Assembly: GCA_965649825.1 (NCBI GenBank)
Contig: OZ287699.1
Span: 836,477-900,476, forward strand
DNA length: 64,000 nucleotides
DNA from: Penicillus capitatus
Lineage: Eukaryota; Plantae; Chlorophyta
Reading direction: 5' to 3'
The notes under the pieces are model-generated. The model worked only from the letters and a program-made list of their open reading frames with translations, did not search any database and was not told where the DNA came from. The translations under genes and the position numbers were made by a program. This document shows positions 23,190 through 35,100 of the stretch, one piece after another (within the stretch, counting starts at the first letter, position 1; every line of letters starts with the position of its first letter).

Positions 23190-23560
23190 CGCTTGATCAT
23201 CCGATGAGAGTTTCGTTCGATCGATTGAGTGTAGGCCTCTTCAGAATCACTGATTGTTTCGAGAAATAACCGAGCACGATAGGTAAATCATCCGATGCGA
23301 GTTTCGTTCGATCGATTGAGCGTAGGCCTCTTCAGAATCACTGATTGTTTCGTGAAAACCCGACCACGGTTCGATCAATCGATAAGAGTCTCGATCAAAC
23401 GATCGAAGGGTTCTTTCGAATCACTCACTGACTGTGTCGAGAAATAATCTATCATGATTTGTGGTTCAATCGATACGAGCTTTGGACGATCGATCGATCG
23501 ATCGATCGATCGAAGGATTTTTTCGAAACACTCATTGACTGTCTGGATGGAGAAACAGTC
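23190..23560. repeat. Degenerate tandem repeat, about 90-bp unit x4, GATC/CGAT-rich, containing a (GATC)n run near 23488-23512
   Basis: Unit starts near 23201 (ccgatgagagtttcgttcgatcgattgag), 23292, 23380 and 23471; the first two copies are nearly identical over about 60 nt. Confidence 0.8.
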
Positions 23561-23861
23561 AGTCTATCACATTTCGATCATCCAATCGATGAATCGAAAA
23601 TTCGATCAATTCTTAACAGATGTATAATAAACTGTGAAACCTGAGATGGATTTTCAAATCTATCGCTCACATGCGTAAAATAATCGGATCATATGAAGGG
23701 TACTCTAAAAAGTGTGATTGAGTGCTCGTGTATTCTAATCGCTCTTCTTGGGTTTCATTGCGCCTATCGTCTTTTCACGTCTGACAATGATGCGACGTCT
23801 GGAATCGAACGGCTTCAGTGGTCCAGACGTTCGCTACAAAAATTGGTGCCGCAGAGTTATA

Positions 23862-24942
23862 ATGACATCACCAACACAGCAACTTCTCAAGGCCCTCGGC
23901 GGCATCGATCATGAAGATCGAGAATGTGACGACAGCGTGACTTTTCCTCCCTTTTCTATGTGCGGTACTGATAGATGTCGATGAAGCCTGTCTTCAACGA
24001 TATCTGCAGGCAGCATTTGGCGACGTTAGGTAAGCGAACTAACCGATTTTTCACGAGTAATGTGATTCGAGACAGGGCGGCAGCATTACAGTTAAAGGGC
24101 ACATTACAATGGCGGAAAGATTTCAAACCTGGTAGTGCTTTCTAAGGCAGGTACATCTAACTGCATCTCCCATGTATGGACAGATGAAACCATTACACCC
24201 GAAATCGAAAGCTTTGTCCTCAGAGAGAAGCATTATTTCGCAGGGGTCACATCAAGTCGCCTTCCTGTCATGGTTCTGCCGACGATCCCTCTCCAAATCT
24301 GCAGAAAGCCATTCTGCAGGTTACGCGGAAGAGAACACAACGTCTGCTGCCTGAAGATGAGGATGGCTATCTTCGCTATCTCGTCTACACGATAGAAAAA
24401 GTGATTCGCGCCATGGAGGATGACATCGACCAATGGGTCTGGATTCTTGATCTGAAAGGCATCTGTCCCTGTTTGGTAAAGTACTGTGGTGACTGTGTGA
24501 TGTGTGACAGGTTACAAATCTGGAAACTCCCCTAGGCTTTCGATGACAAAGAAGGTTGCCAGGGTTTTGGCGGATCACTACCCAGTAGTCATCTATGCCA
24601 TTTTGCTGTCGCCTATTCTCTGCTCTGTTCGCAGGAGCGTTTGAAAAGAGCTTACATTGTGGATGCTCCTACCGTCTTCTATGTTCTATACAAGGTTCCC
24701 CTCCCCTCCCATCCATCCTTAAGTCATATCCGTGTTAGGTCATACATCCTTTTCTGGACAAACCCACACAAGAGAAGATTGCGTTTGTCTATTCAGCGAA
24801 CTATGACGAGAATGGACAACCACTAACAGGAAAGGATGACTCTTCTAACTTTGCACTTTACTATAGCCTCTACGCGAAAAACTACGACTCGGAGATCTAC
24901 CTTTCAAATTTAAAAGAAAAAGAGCGATCGTTAGAGGAGTGA
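23862..24942 (+). CDS. CRAL-TRIO (Sec14-like) lipid-binding protein, multi-exon
   Basis: Spliced CLQRYLQAAFGDVR-AAALQLKGTLQWR, VWILDLKG-YKSGNSP, VLADHYP-ERLKRAYIVDAPTVFYVLYK-VIHPFLDKPTQEKIAF. Start uncertain. Confidence 0.85.
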
Positions 24943-25050
24943 AAATAGCCCGCATTTTTGTTAAATGAAAATAGTGCTGGGAAAGGATGACCCCATCCCT
25001 TTAGAGCTATTATGCACTGTTGCTGCTGTCCGTCTTTCAATAGACTCATC

Positions 25051-26772
25051 TCAGAGTAACTTTCCAGCTGCTAATTCTTTCATGATCAAAATTCTGTAGA
25101 GTTGCATCTCGTCTGTCGTGTAGAGCAGAGCGTTCTGTCCACTCAATGCTTTTGCTGTGCGTACCATATATACTCCACAATCACATGAGTTGTGCTGTTG
25201 GGGCATTTCTCTTGCTATCTCAAACACAAAATCGTCTTCTTTCCATTCTGCCTTAAGTTTATCTGCTGCTTCGTCCACGAGATACTTGCAAATATTCTTC
25301 AAAAGCATGTATGTTTCATTGTCCTGTTTGTACTCAAATTGCAAAACAGTGGAAAAGAGTTGAGATGTTACCGTATCGGGGATGTTTGTTCCAAGGGAGT
25401 CATAGTAACGGAGTGTCTTCTTAGTAAGATCGGCCACAACTAACACCCAGTGAGATGCATGAAGATGCACAGGAAAAAACACATAATCGCAGTCCAGAAT
25501 TGTTGCCTTCGACTGACCCCAGTTCTTCAGTCTTCTAGCCGATGTCCACTTGCGAACGGCATTGTATTTATACTCAGGGTAAATGTTTGTCGTCAGGAAC
25601 GTCTTCTGAAAATGGCACGATGGCCCATCTGTCTTTTCAGAATCTCTCACTTGAAGCAATTTCATGTATCCATTCACCACGTTGTCGTTGATCCATTTGC
25701 CAGGCTTGAGGGTATAAAGATCTCTAGGAGTAAAGTCGCAGTTGTCCACAGAAACGCGGACGCCATTGCTGTCTGTATCTGTGACGCCATCGTAGACTTT
25801 TATGTCTTCTTCGGTGATCATCTCACAGCGAAAAGCCGGAACACCAGAACTCGGTGGGATCTTTGGCGCACTGTCCGTGATCGGCTTCTCCACATCACCA
25901 TCGATTTTGATCGACGCCCTCGTCTCCACATTCAGATACTTGGATACAGTTTGGAGCGTCTCGGCAGAAATGTCGACGTCCATGAAGGGACTGTCGATCG
26001 GGAGCTCAGCTGGGGGTGCCATGGTACTGGAAATCTGATACATCAGCTTGGTGTTAGAAGTCGTGGGCTCATCGGAGTCCGTTTCAGCAATCGAGAGCAG
26101 TTGATCCGTTGGAGGTTCTGTCAAGCTGTTCGCCAGGTGACTCGACACCTCGTGCTGTGCTTTGCTCAAAGCTCTGTCCCATTTAGATGTCTTCTTTCTG
26201 TCTTCGGCTGTCAGTCCATCCCACATGCCGGTGGGAACCACATCCAAATCCATAGCGTCCAAGACAGCATTCTTCTTTTCTTGCTCCTCCATGCGTTTCT
26301 TATATGCCTTGTAGGCTTCATCTGTGACCGTAGGGAGTTTTGGTTGTTTTATGGGGGCGACGGCTTCATAATGGCGGAGGTAATCTTCCATCTTGGGGAG
26401 AAGGTGATGGTGGCTGACGTTGAGGATATCGACTCGCGTTTCTCTCATCCTTGCCTCCAATTCGCGTTCCCTATATCATCGTCTTAGGCATAGTGTGTCG
26501 TTTGGAAGGCAGAAAGGATACCTCTTGTTCACGGGCAAGGACTCCTTTTGGCGTCTGCGGTTACTGGCTTCTGCTGCAGCGGCGAGAGCTGCGCGGGGCC
26601 CCATTGGCTTCGTGTCGCGACGACGTCGTTTAGCAGAGGGCATAGACGCAGTGGCGTCGGCATTGCTTTCGGAAGGAAGTGGACCAAAAGGAAACGGGCG
26701 TTTTAACGGAGGAATGGCGGCAGCAACGTTTAGAATGCATTCGTAAACGAACACAACGATGTCTTCGAGCAT
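25051..26772 (-). CDS. ULP1: Ulp1/SENP-family SUMO protease (peptidase C48), 2 exons
   Basis: WINDNVVNGYM, FFPVHLHASHWVLVVAD, QQHNSCDCGVY (His-Asp-Cys triad). Confidence 0.92.
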
Positions 26773-27129
26773 TGCGTTTAGAGCAAGAGAGCGCAAAAAG
26801 TCAAAAGTGCGTAAAGCGTTACTCGCGTTAAGCGATCTCGCAAACAGTAGCCATTAGAAGGACCACGACGGAATTTGTGGGGGTCCGCGAGATGTGACGG
26901 TGCGAGTCGCTGATGTGACTGCGCGAGGAGAGAACGACGCGATCTGCGAAGACTGACGCGACAGTGAGAAGTGGAGCGGGACAGATGACCAGATTGTAGA
27001 AAATTAACGGGAAGTCATAAAGCCCGTATCAAAGATACAACCCGTCACCCATCGAAGAAACCTCTCCCGAATCAAGAAACAAGCAGAATTCTCCCATATT
27101 TATCATATGAATACCATCTCCACAGATCG

Positions 27130-27743
27130 ATCGAGCACCAACGTCTTTAACTTCATCTGCAGCATTTTTAGGTCTGTAGACCGAGACTCTAGCCATTCGA
27201 ACCTATAAGAAGCAGTTAGCAGACCTACCTGTGCTTGACGCCAGAGTGATGTGACCTGTGTGACGGTATTAACGGCGATCAAACAGATTTAGTGTCTTGA
27301 GAAAGAGGCCTTCAGTGTTGGTTCCATGTCAGCAAATGAAAGAAAATGTTTACATCTTAAGACAGGAAGCCTCTACAGCGTCGATTAGCGAAAGCCGACA
27401 TCGACATCGTTCTTTACAGGGCACCGTCAATGCGCCAATCCAGTTCGCACGAGAAGTCAGTCACGTACTGAAGGTACTGGATCGCATCGCACGTTCGCAT
27501 TGAACTCGACGTAGACAAACCCAGTGTTTGCGAACTCGAAGCAGGGCGTCCATCCGTTTCCAACCATGCCGACGACCTGCTTCGCGATCTGATCATCTGT
27601 GAGAGGTGACAGATAAGAAAGCGCTTTGAAAACCCTTGGGCGAGTGGCGGCTCGAAAATCCGTGTCCAGACATACACTATGTGCTCACATATGTCGTTGA
27701 TGGGTGTCCACTTTTCACCGACGCGCTTTGCAACCGTTTGAGA
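27130..27743 (-). pseudogene. rbcS: Unprocessed RuBisCO small subunit pseudogene
   Basis: Reconstructs KWTPIND / VFKALSYLSPLTDDQIAKQVVGMVGNGWTPCFEF / R*STL*RLPV / H*ICLIAVNTVTQ / VRMARVSVYRPK. Three in-frame stops (27385-87, 27373-75, 27289-91), a 2-nt frameshift before intron 1, and no ATG or transit peptide found. Confidence 0.85.
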
Positions 27744-28043
27744 CTGTGTGGGCGGGGAATAGCGAACGTGTTGGGGTGTTCGTTAAAGTGAGAATGATGC
27801 CTTAGTCGTAAATCAAGGCGCTAGTTGGGTTCAAAACCTTCGTTGTCCTAGAGCCGTTTCCAATGCAATCTAAGATGTGCGTTCAAAGGAAGTAACGGGC
27901 AAACTGAAGACATGAAGAGCCAAATCCGAGAAGTATGACAAGGGCCGACGGCTTCCTCTGATTCGAACCTCGCTAACGGCAGACCAACGAACGGAAAGAG
28001 ATTCTAAGGTCGACAGGTCTCGGATCCGCACACGTCACATCAA

Positions 28044-29773
28044 ATGGACAAAGGCGTACGCGTCGAAAAAACACACGAGCGGGGACGGCATCTCGTTGCG
28101 CGGCGTTCTTTCGAGCCAGGCGACGTGGTGGTGTCCCAATGGCCTTACGCGGCGGTCTTGTTCAATGCAGAAATCTCACGTTTTTGTAACTATTGTTTTC
28201 GGTCGGCTACAAACCTACGACGTTGCAGTCGTTCAAAGTTCGCAAGCTACTGCTCAAGAGAATGCCAACTCAGGGACTGGAAAGAAGGCTACCGTAACGA
28301 ATGCGATTTCTTAGTCCAGTCTGCTCCACGTATACCTCCCGCCTCTGTCCGCTTGGCAGCTCATGTCGCTTGGAAGTATAAGAAGGAACTTGAACACTCG
28401 TTAGAGAAGACAGATATGTGGAACAGCTACCTCGGCGTCGAGTCATTGGTGGATCACTGGGATCATCTACCCGATGCAAAGCTGAAGGCCTTTGCAGAGA
28501 TGGGATTCTTCATCACCAAGTGTGAAACACTTTGCTGGTCTGCTATGAGGACTGACTGTCCTTGTGTAGCATCTGTCCGCATCTTCCTGAAGAAGGTCTG
28601 TCCCTCGATGAACCTATCGCCAAGTCTTTTGCACGACTGCTGGCCAAGTTTACATTCAATAATCACACCATCAGCAGTGCTAGCACCACCAATCTGGGCT
28701 GCGGTGTCTATCCTCTGCTGGCAATGGCCAACCATTCCTCATGGCCAAACTGCATTCAGCGTTTCGATGGAAAACTCTGCGAACTTAGGTCAGTGCATTG
28801 CTGATGAGGCGCTTGAAGAAACAAACGTGCGTTATGGTTCAGGGCAATTCGTCCGATCCGAGCAGGAGAAGAGATTACGATTACGTACGTGGACCTGATG
28901 AACACGTCCATCGAGATGCACGAGATTTTGAAGAAGGACTACCTCTTTGACCTCATTCCTTCCATCAAAGAGACGAGGAATGAGAAATGGATTGCGATTG
29001 ACAAGGTATTGACTGCCAGAGTATGGAAAAGAGGACAGCCTTCTTGGATTCTGACAGAAAAAGATCATCGGCTGACCAGCGTTGTCCGCAGCCCTGATGC
29101 CAAGGCAGTCGGTGGCGTCATGGTCCTAGCTTATGAAGAAACAGAAACGGAACCGTCTGAATGGGAGATGGATTCCACCGAAATGTCCAAAAAACCAACA
29201 CCGAATACACAGCGTTCTATGACGGTGTGTTTTTGGGGGGACTGGTTCCCAAAGCGAAACGACATTGTTATTGAAATTGCAAAGAAACTCAAAGACATCC
29301 AGGATTCTTTTTTCAAGGGACAGGAGCTCTATGATCAGTCATTCTTCAAAGAAGCTGCATCCGTTGCCCAAGAATCTATGAGACTGTGTGATGACACTCT
29401 GTACGGAGACGTCTCTCTGGCAGAAACGCACATCCTGTGCATCCGTATTCTTGATTTAGTCCGAAAGGCCACAATTGACGAGGGCTGGAATTGGAGACTC
29501 GTTTTGGACTGCTATCGAAGCATGATCCATCATCATGACACACTCTTCCCGCACTACTGGTCAGAAAGGGGTTCGCATCTGGCTGCCCTGGCGAAGCTGG
29601 AGAGTAGTTATGGTGGCATAAAAAAAGCGATCCAATCTGCCCAAGAAGCCATTCATGTGCTTAGAATAACCGATGGCAGCGGCGAAGTTCTGGAAGAGAT
29701 GAAGAAGCTTGAGAAAAACTTGCACCACGAGATCAATTTTAGAGAGCAGGAGAATTTAGAATTAAAGATTTAG
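28044..29773 (+). CDS. SMYD/ASHR1-like SET-MYND protein, multi-exon
   Basis: RGRHLVARRSFEPGDVV, CNYCF...RCSRSKFASYCSRECQLRDWK (MYND), LLAMANHSSWPNC (SET), helical C-terminal domain. Confidence 0.85.
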
Positions 29774-29877
29774 GTTATCATCAAAACCGACCGATTTCTT
29801 TGGTAAAATCTCCGATCCCTCTTTCATTTCTGTCTCGCCCTCAGAGAACTGATCTTCTTGGCATACTGTATTCAGTA

Positions 29878-32800
29878 TTATTCTAGCATCGCTTTAAGAC
29901 GAACATCTTCTCGAAGTCTGCGATCAAGAATAATATATCTCTGCAAAGCCTGTTCCTCATGGCGCTTTAGCCTTTTCTCAAGAACGCATATCCTGCATCG
30001 AGCATGCACACCATATCCCCGATGAGACTGAGATCACCGGAATCGCGTGGAACTGCATTGCTGCTCATGTTCGTGCACTTGTTCGATGGTCATCTGATCC
30101 TTGTCTCGGTTGTAGTTCGTCATCAGCTTGTTAAGAGAACGCGTTTCGTCATCGTAGCGCATTTGCATGACGTTGGCTCTCTCGATCAACCTCTCCTTCA
30201 GGGAGCGCAAGCACTTCTCTCGTACGAGGAAGGCTTGATCCCTGGATGAAAATTCGGACTAGACTTATGCAAAGGGCGATCGACTTGCTCAATGGGGCAT
30301 CCGACATCGCATTGGGCAAGTATGCACTGAGGTAGTCATATTCGGCCTCTGTGGTGCTATCTCCATCTTCGTCCGTTGGAAAACGAACGACATCGCGAGA
30401 TGCATCGTAGTACGGCGTCACCAGTTTGACATGGAGATCCTGGTTTTGACACTCCGTCAGGATCTCCCGCATTTCTTTTTCTGAATCTCGCACAGACTGG
30501 ACACGCATCGGAGAACATGCACAGGCCAAAGTGATCGCACCTGTAGAGCATTCTTTTCGGCAGTCAACAATTGATGGAACTCCTCTTGTAAGAACAAAGG
30601 CGTCAGTTTTGGAGACGCTGGATCGACCTGCCTCTCCCAAAGTATCGAACGATGTTGTCAACAGGGATCCCTCCACCTGGACGATCTGACTGTGACCTTC
30701 CTTGTGAAACACCCTCGATGAACGCGTGATTCTGCCTTCTCCGAAATGAAAATCCAGACGGATGCGATCCTCTGTCAAGTAGAAGACGCGTTTCGCGACA
30801 TCGGCGTCGCAGTTGCGCGTATCATCTCTCGAGAACTTCTCCGTCAGTTTTCTGATCTCTAATGGTCGCGGATGCTGTTCTGTCTCGCCAGTTTTTTCTT
30901 CGGTAGCTGTCCTGTATGTCACAGAGCGGTAGATTAACCGATCTCGACGATTGGCATAGAGCTCGATGGTTTTCTTCCCAAGAATCTCCTCTCTCGAAAT
31001 CATGCCATCCAATCGAGACTCCGGATAAAACACGAGAACGTTTCGTTCTCCTGCTGTTCTTCGCATTGTTTTCAGAGCGTGCGGATTGCCTGGCAGAAAC
31101 ATCTCCTAGAGAGCACTTCTTTCATGTAAGATGGCAGGGGTGGTGGGGACGACGTAGGTATCGATGACGGTTTCTCCGCTGAGTCTTGTGCATTTTCTCG
31201 CAAGTCTGTCCTTTCTTCTCTTGTAGAGATGGTCCATTCGGACAGCTTGTTTTCGATTCTCATCTTGGTCATAATAGCTCAGGCGGTCGACGAGTCCATC
31301 CCAACGTGCACATTCTCCAAACAGGGCGAACTTCTCATGCGAGCAGTTTCTGTACTTGATCCTCTTGTATCCCTATACAGCGGGCGCCGCCGTGGACTCA
31401 ATCTCAACATTGTGGAGACATACTCTTGGACATCTCATGTTGAGGACATCCTGAGCGAGGTGCAGTCTGAACACCCACGAAGAAGGGATCTCTAAATGCG
31501 AGAGCGGCTGCAGATTAGGGGTACAGCCCGGTCCTTCGGCATCGGGATGCGATGCATCGGGTCCCTGTCGCATATTCGCCATCGCCGACAATATCGTGTG
31601 GAGAAACAACGCTACCGTCGGATGCCTTCTTGGCAGGACGCGTTCCCACTCGGACGGATGATCTAAATCGAAATGTATCTTCGAAGGAATGGCTCTTGCA
31701 TCGGAATCCGGCGATGGCAATTGCATGCAGATCCATAAGTTTTCGTGATTGAAAACAAACTCGATGCCTTCGTAGGGAGAATCATCGATGCGATATATCT
31801 TCCCTGTGCTCGGTTCAATCATTAGACGCTCGGAGATCTGCACAAGGTAGCACCGCTGAAAACTGCAGGAAACGGACGGGCTCTAACTTCTCTCTCCGAT
31901 GGAGCGATCATGATCCATGCGTGAACAAACTTGCTCTTCTCCTGCATCCGTTCTGGACATTCCTGCACAACATGGACGCTGGAATCTCGTGCCTCGCTGG
32001 ATCGGCGAGATCTGCCATCCGTCTCCTCTATCTCTGCAGAAGGAACTGCAAAATCCGATGTCTCGTGCAATTGGGCGCACGTTTGGAGAGAATGCGCTGG
32101 TCTATTTGCTTTGGTTGGTATCGCTTGGATGTCTCCGTGATCGTATTCTTAGCGTTATTCTTCGGTGGGAGTGGCTCTTCGTCAGAGGCCAGCATCTCTG
32201 CCCAACTGTGAGATCCATGAACGATGCGGGTTTGATCGTGGAAGACAATTTCGCTCGGAGCGTAGCCCACACAGACAAACGCATCATAGCCGACTCCTTT
32301 GAGCAGCGAAGCCGAGAGAACTGCTATATCGAAGGCATCGCCCGTTTGCCACTTTAATGTCGTCGTTGGCGACGTCCAGTATCGAGGCAAGACGAGCGGG
32401 TTCTCCAGTTTTTCATACTGAATCGCATCGGATACGAAATTTATGATATCCTCGAGATCATAGAGCTCCTTGTAGTGAAGTTTCGTCGGCCGAATAAAGC
32501 TGCATATAAATTTCTCGACGCCACACTCGTTCATTGGCGACAACACTGGTTGTCGGCGGTGACCATACAATGCAAAGAAAGTGTCCGCGAATCTCCTGGA
32601 ATACTCAAGGAGCTTGCACTCTTTGGGAGTCTGCATTGTGTATGCCCGTGGCATTTTTCCGAGAATCGTTTTAGTGTGTTCAATTCTGCAAAGCTTTGGA
32701 TTTCTTGGCTGTAGAGATACGGAGTCGAGTCTCTTCTCTTTGAGCTGCTGAAGCGAGACCGTTTTGTAAACATCCCAATGCACCAGGCCCTTCTCGATGT

Positions 32801-34989
32801 TGTCTGCCGAAGGACTGCCCAACGAACGACTGCCCACTTGGAAGATGCCGAGGCGGCCTTGGTAGAAAACGGACGTTCTCGAACTGTTGATCTCCAATTC
32901 AGAATCCAGCTCTTTCCAGACAAGACTCTGCTGAACCAGAGAAACGTCTGGATCAATAGAGAGTGCGAAAATGGAATGGGCGATGGCACCCAGCTCATCC
33001 ACGCCGCCAAAAAGATACACACATCCCTCGAAGAAGCACATGTGATGACTGTGTCTCGGAGGTGGACTCTGTCCCTTGGCATCGAGAGGACTCCACGTCC
33101 TCGACTGTCATCGAATGTAAACGCACAACACTTACGACCAGTGGAACACGTGTTGTGCTTACGATGAGATCGAAGACATAGAGGTCATCCAAAACAAAGT
33201 GATTTTGCCCTCCGTGCAGCAGGAGCTGTGTCGCATTGGCGATGCAAAGGGCAGCAGACTGACGCGGAGACGGAGCGCTACCCGAAATGGGAGGCTGACT
33301 CCACGTCATCGTACTCACTTCCAGCAAATGGAGATCGTTCAGACGCGATACTGCACTCAGCCCGCCTATCGCCAAACCGTATGCAACAGACAGATGACAC
33401 ACTCTATTCTACCGAAGACCAAGATCTGTTCCGCCCAGTATACTGCAGAAGCATGTTCTCGAGGAAGGGGTGCTGCCCCGGACGCGCCAACCTTCTTCCA
33501 GGCCATGCAGCCAATGTCCAAGACGAAAAGATCGTTGCACCGTTTCTTGTGCTGCATAGGCAGATGGTTCACAAATATCGATACGATCGACACGCACTTC
33601 TGATTTTCCACCAAAGACGATCAGACGCTTGCCGTCAGGATCGCCAACACAGTTGTGTCCCTGTCGAGCTGGTGGTTTGTCTCCTGATGTGACAGGCACT
33701 TTGTTCCATTCCATGCGATCCGTCGATATCCAAAACAGATCGCTGCTCACACTTCCGTCCTTCGACATCACCCCGCCGTAAACATACATCCGATTTTCGA
33801 ACTAGAAGAAATCCGGCGTTTGGTTCAGGTGTTGTGCGGCTGAGTGTTGTCGACTTGATGAATGGAGTGCGCTGTACGAATCCAGCACCGATTGTCTGTG
33901 CACGTCATTCCATGTGCATCCTTTTCAATCCGCTTCGAATCTGCCTTGCAACGATATTCGAGGTAAGATCCGACCTGCTCACACAAGAAAGGACAGTTCT
34001 GTAAAAGAGCGACAAAACATCTCATGACTTGCGTGCCAATTGGCCTCTGTCTTTCAATTTCGGCAAGCCTCTCGCGTTCGTGTTCTTCACGTAAGAAAGC
34101 GAGAAACTTTGACAGTCCTTCGTCGATCTTCGCTTTATACATCGCTTCCAGATTATTGGACCTGAACAGCGTCGTGGATGGATGCCAGCCGCCAGCATCG
34201 ACGCGAAGCTGTCCGACCTCAAGTTGAACTCTTTGAGGCCTTTAAGGAAGCCCATTTCCGGCGGGACCGTCGTCAGGAGATTGTTCGCGCAATTGATTCG
34301 CTGAAGCTTTTTCAGCGTCACCATCGATTTGGGCAGCGCTCTGAGTGCATTGGTGCTGAGATTGATTTTTACGAGGGTCTTGAGAGAACCAATATTGACA
34401 GGCAGTTCCTGTATCTTATTGTGCTCGACGTGCAAAACCTGTTCCACACTTCTCCAGACCACTTACTCAATCTCGGCTTTCTTCGCACCTCGAGGCGTGG
34501 CATCTTACAGAGATCCTCCGGCAGACTGCTGATACGATTGCCGGACAGATCGAGTTCTTTGACGGCAGAGAAGTCCTTTACGAAATCGTCGACGACTTGA
34601 ATCTGATTCCCACTGAGCTCCAGTATCGTCAGATACTTCAAACGGAGTAGAACCCTCGGCAGAGATTGCAGCGCATTGTATTTGAGTCGCACGACGGTCA
34701 AGTGCCGAAAGACATGGAGATCCCCAGGCAAAGCACACAGTCGATTGCTACACAGTCAAGAATTGCTACATCGATAGCAGGATCGTTTGTCGACCTGGAA
34801 AGATCGAGCTCCCGAATGCGGATGTTGTGTTTCTCGACGTATTCCAGACATGAGGGCGGAAGTTCTTCCAGTCCTGCGTAGCTGCGCCACCCGTTATTTG
34901 TACAGCGCCTCTGTCGATTCTGGCGTTTACCTGAGATTGAGTTTCCGTGTCTGGCGTGCCTCTTCGAAGCGATCTGTGAAGAGTGCCAT
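29878..34989 (-). CDS. DRC7: Dynein regulatory complex subunit 7 (CCDC135/FAP50-like) with N-terminal LRRs and Kelch repeats
   Basis: PVLSPMNECGVEKFICSFIRPTKL, SPTTTLKWQTGDAFDIAVLSASLLKGVGYDAFVCVGYAP, C-terminal LEKRLKRHEEQALQRY...DVRL. LRR and Kelch exons join in frame (HSIHQ|FENRMYVYGG). Confidence 0.85.
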
Positions 34990-35100
34990 GCAGACGATCG
35001 ATGGCGTATAGCGGTCACGTCACATCATCTCGTCTATCTTTCGGTGCGGGCCCCGTCTTCCGTCTTGTGCGACCTCGCGGTTATTCACTTATCGTCGACC

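Noticed and set aside
27289-27387. TAA/TAG reassigned to Gln, as in some ulvophytes
   Set aside because: The rbcS stops align to Tyr/Trp, not Gln. Conserved C-termini end at TAA/TAG (AGO MYYV-TAA, RPLP3 GLFD-TAA, PSRP3 TAG).
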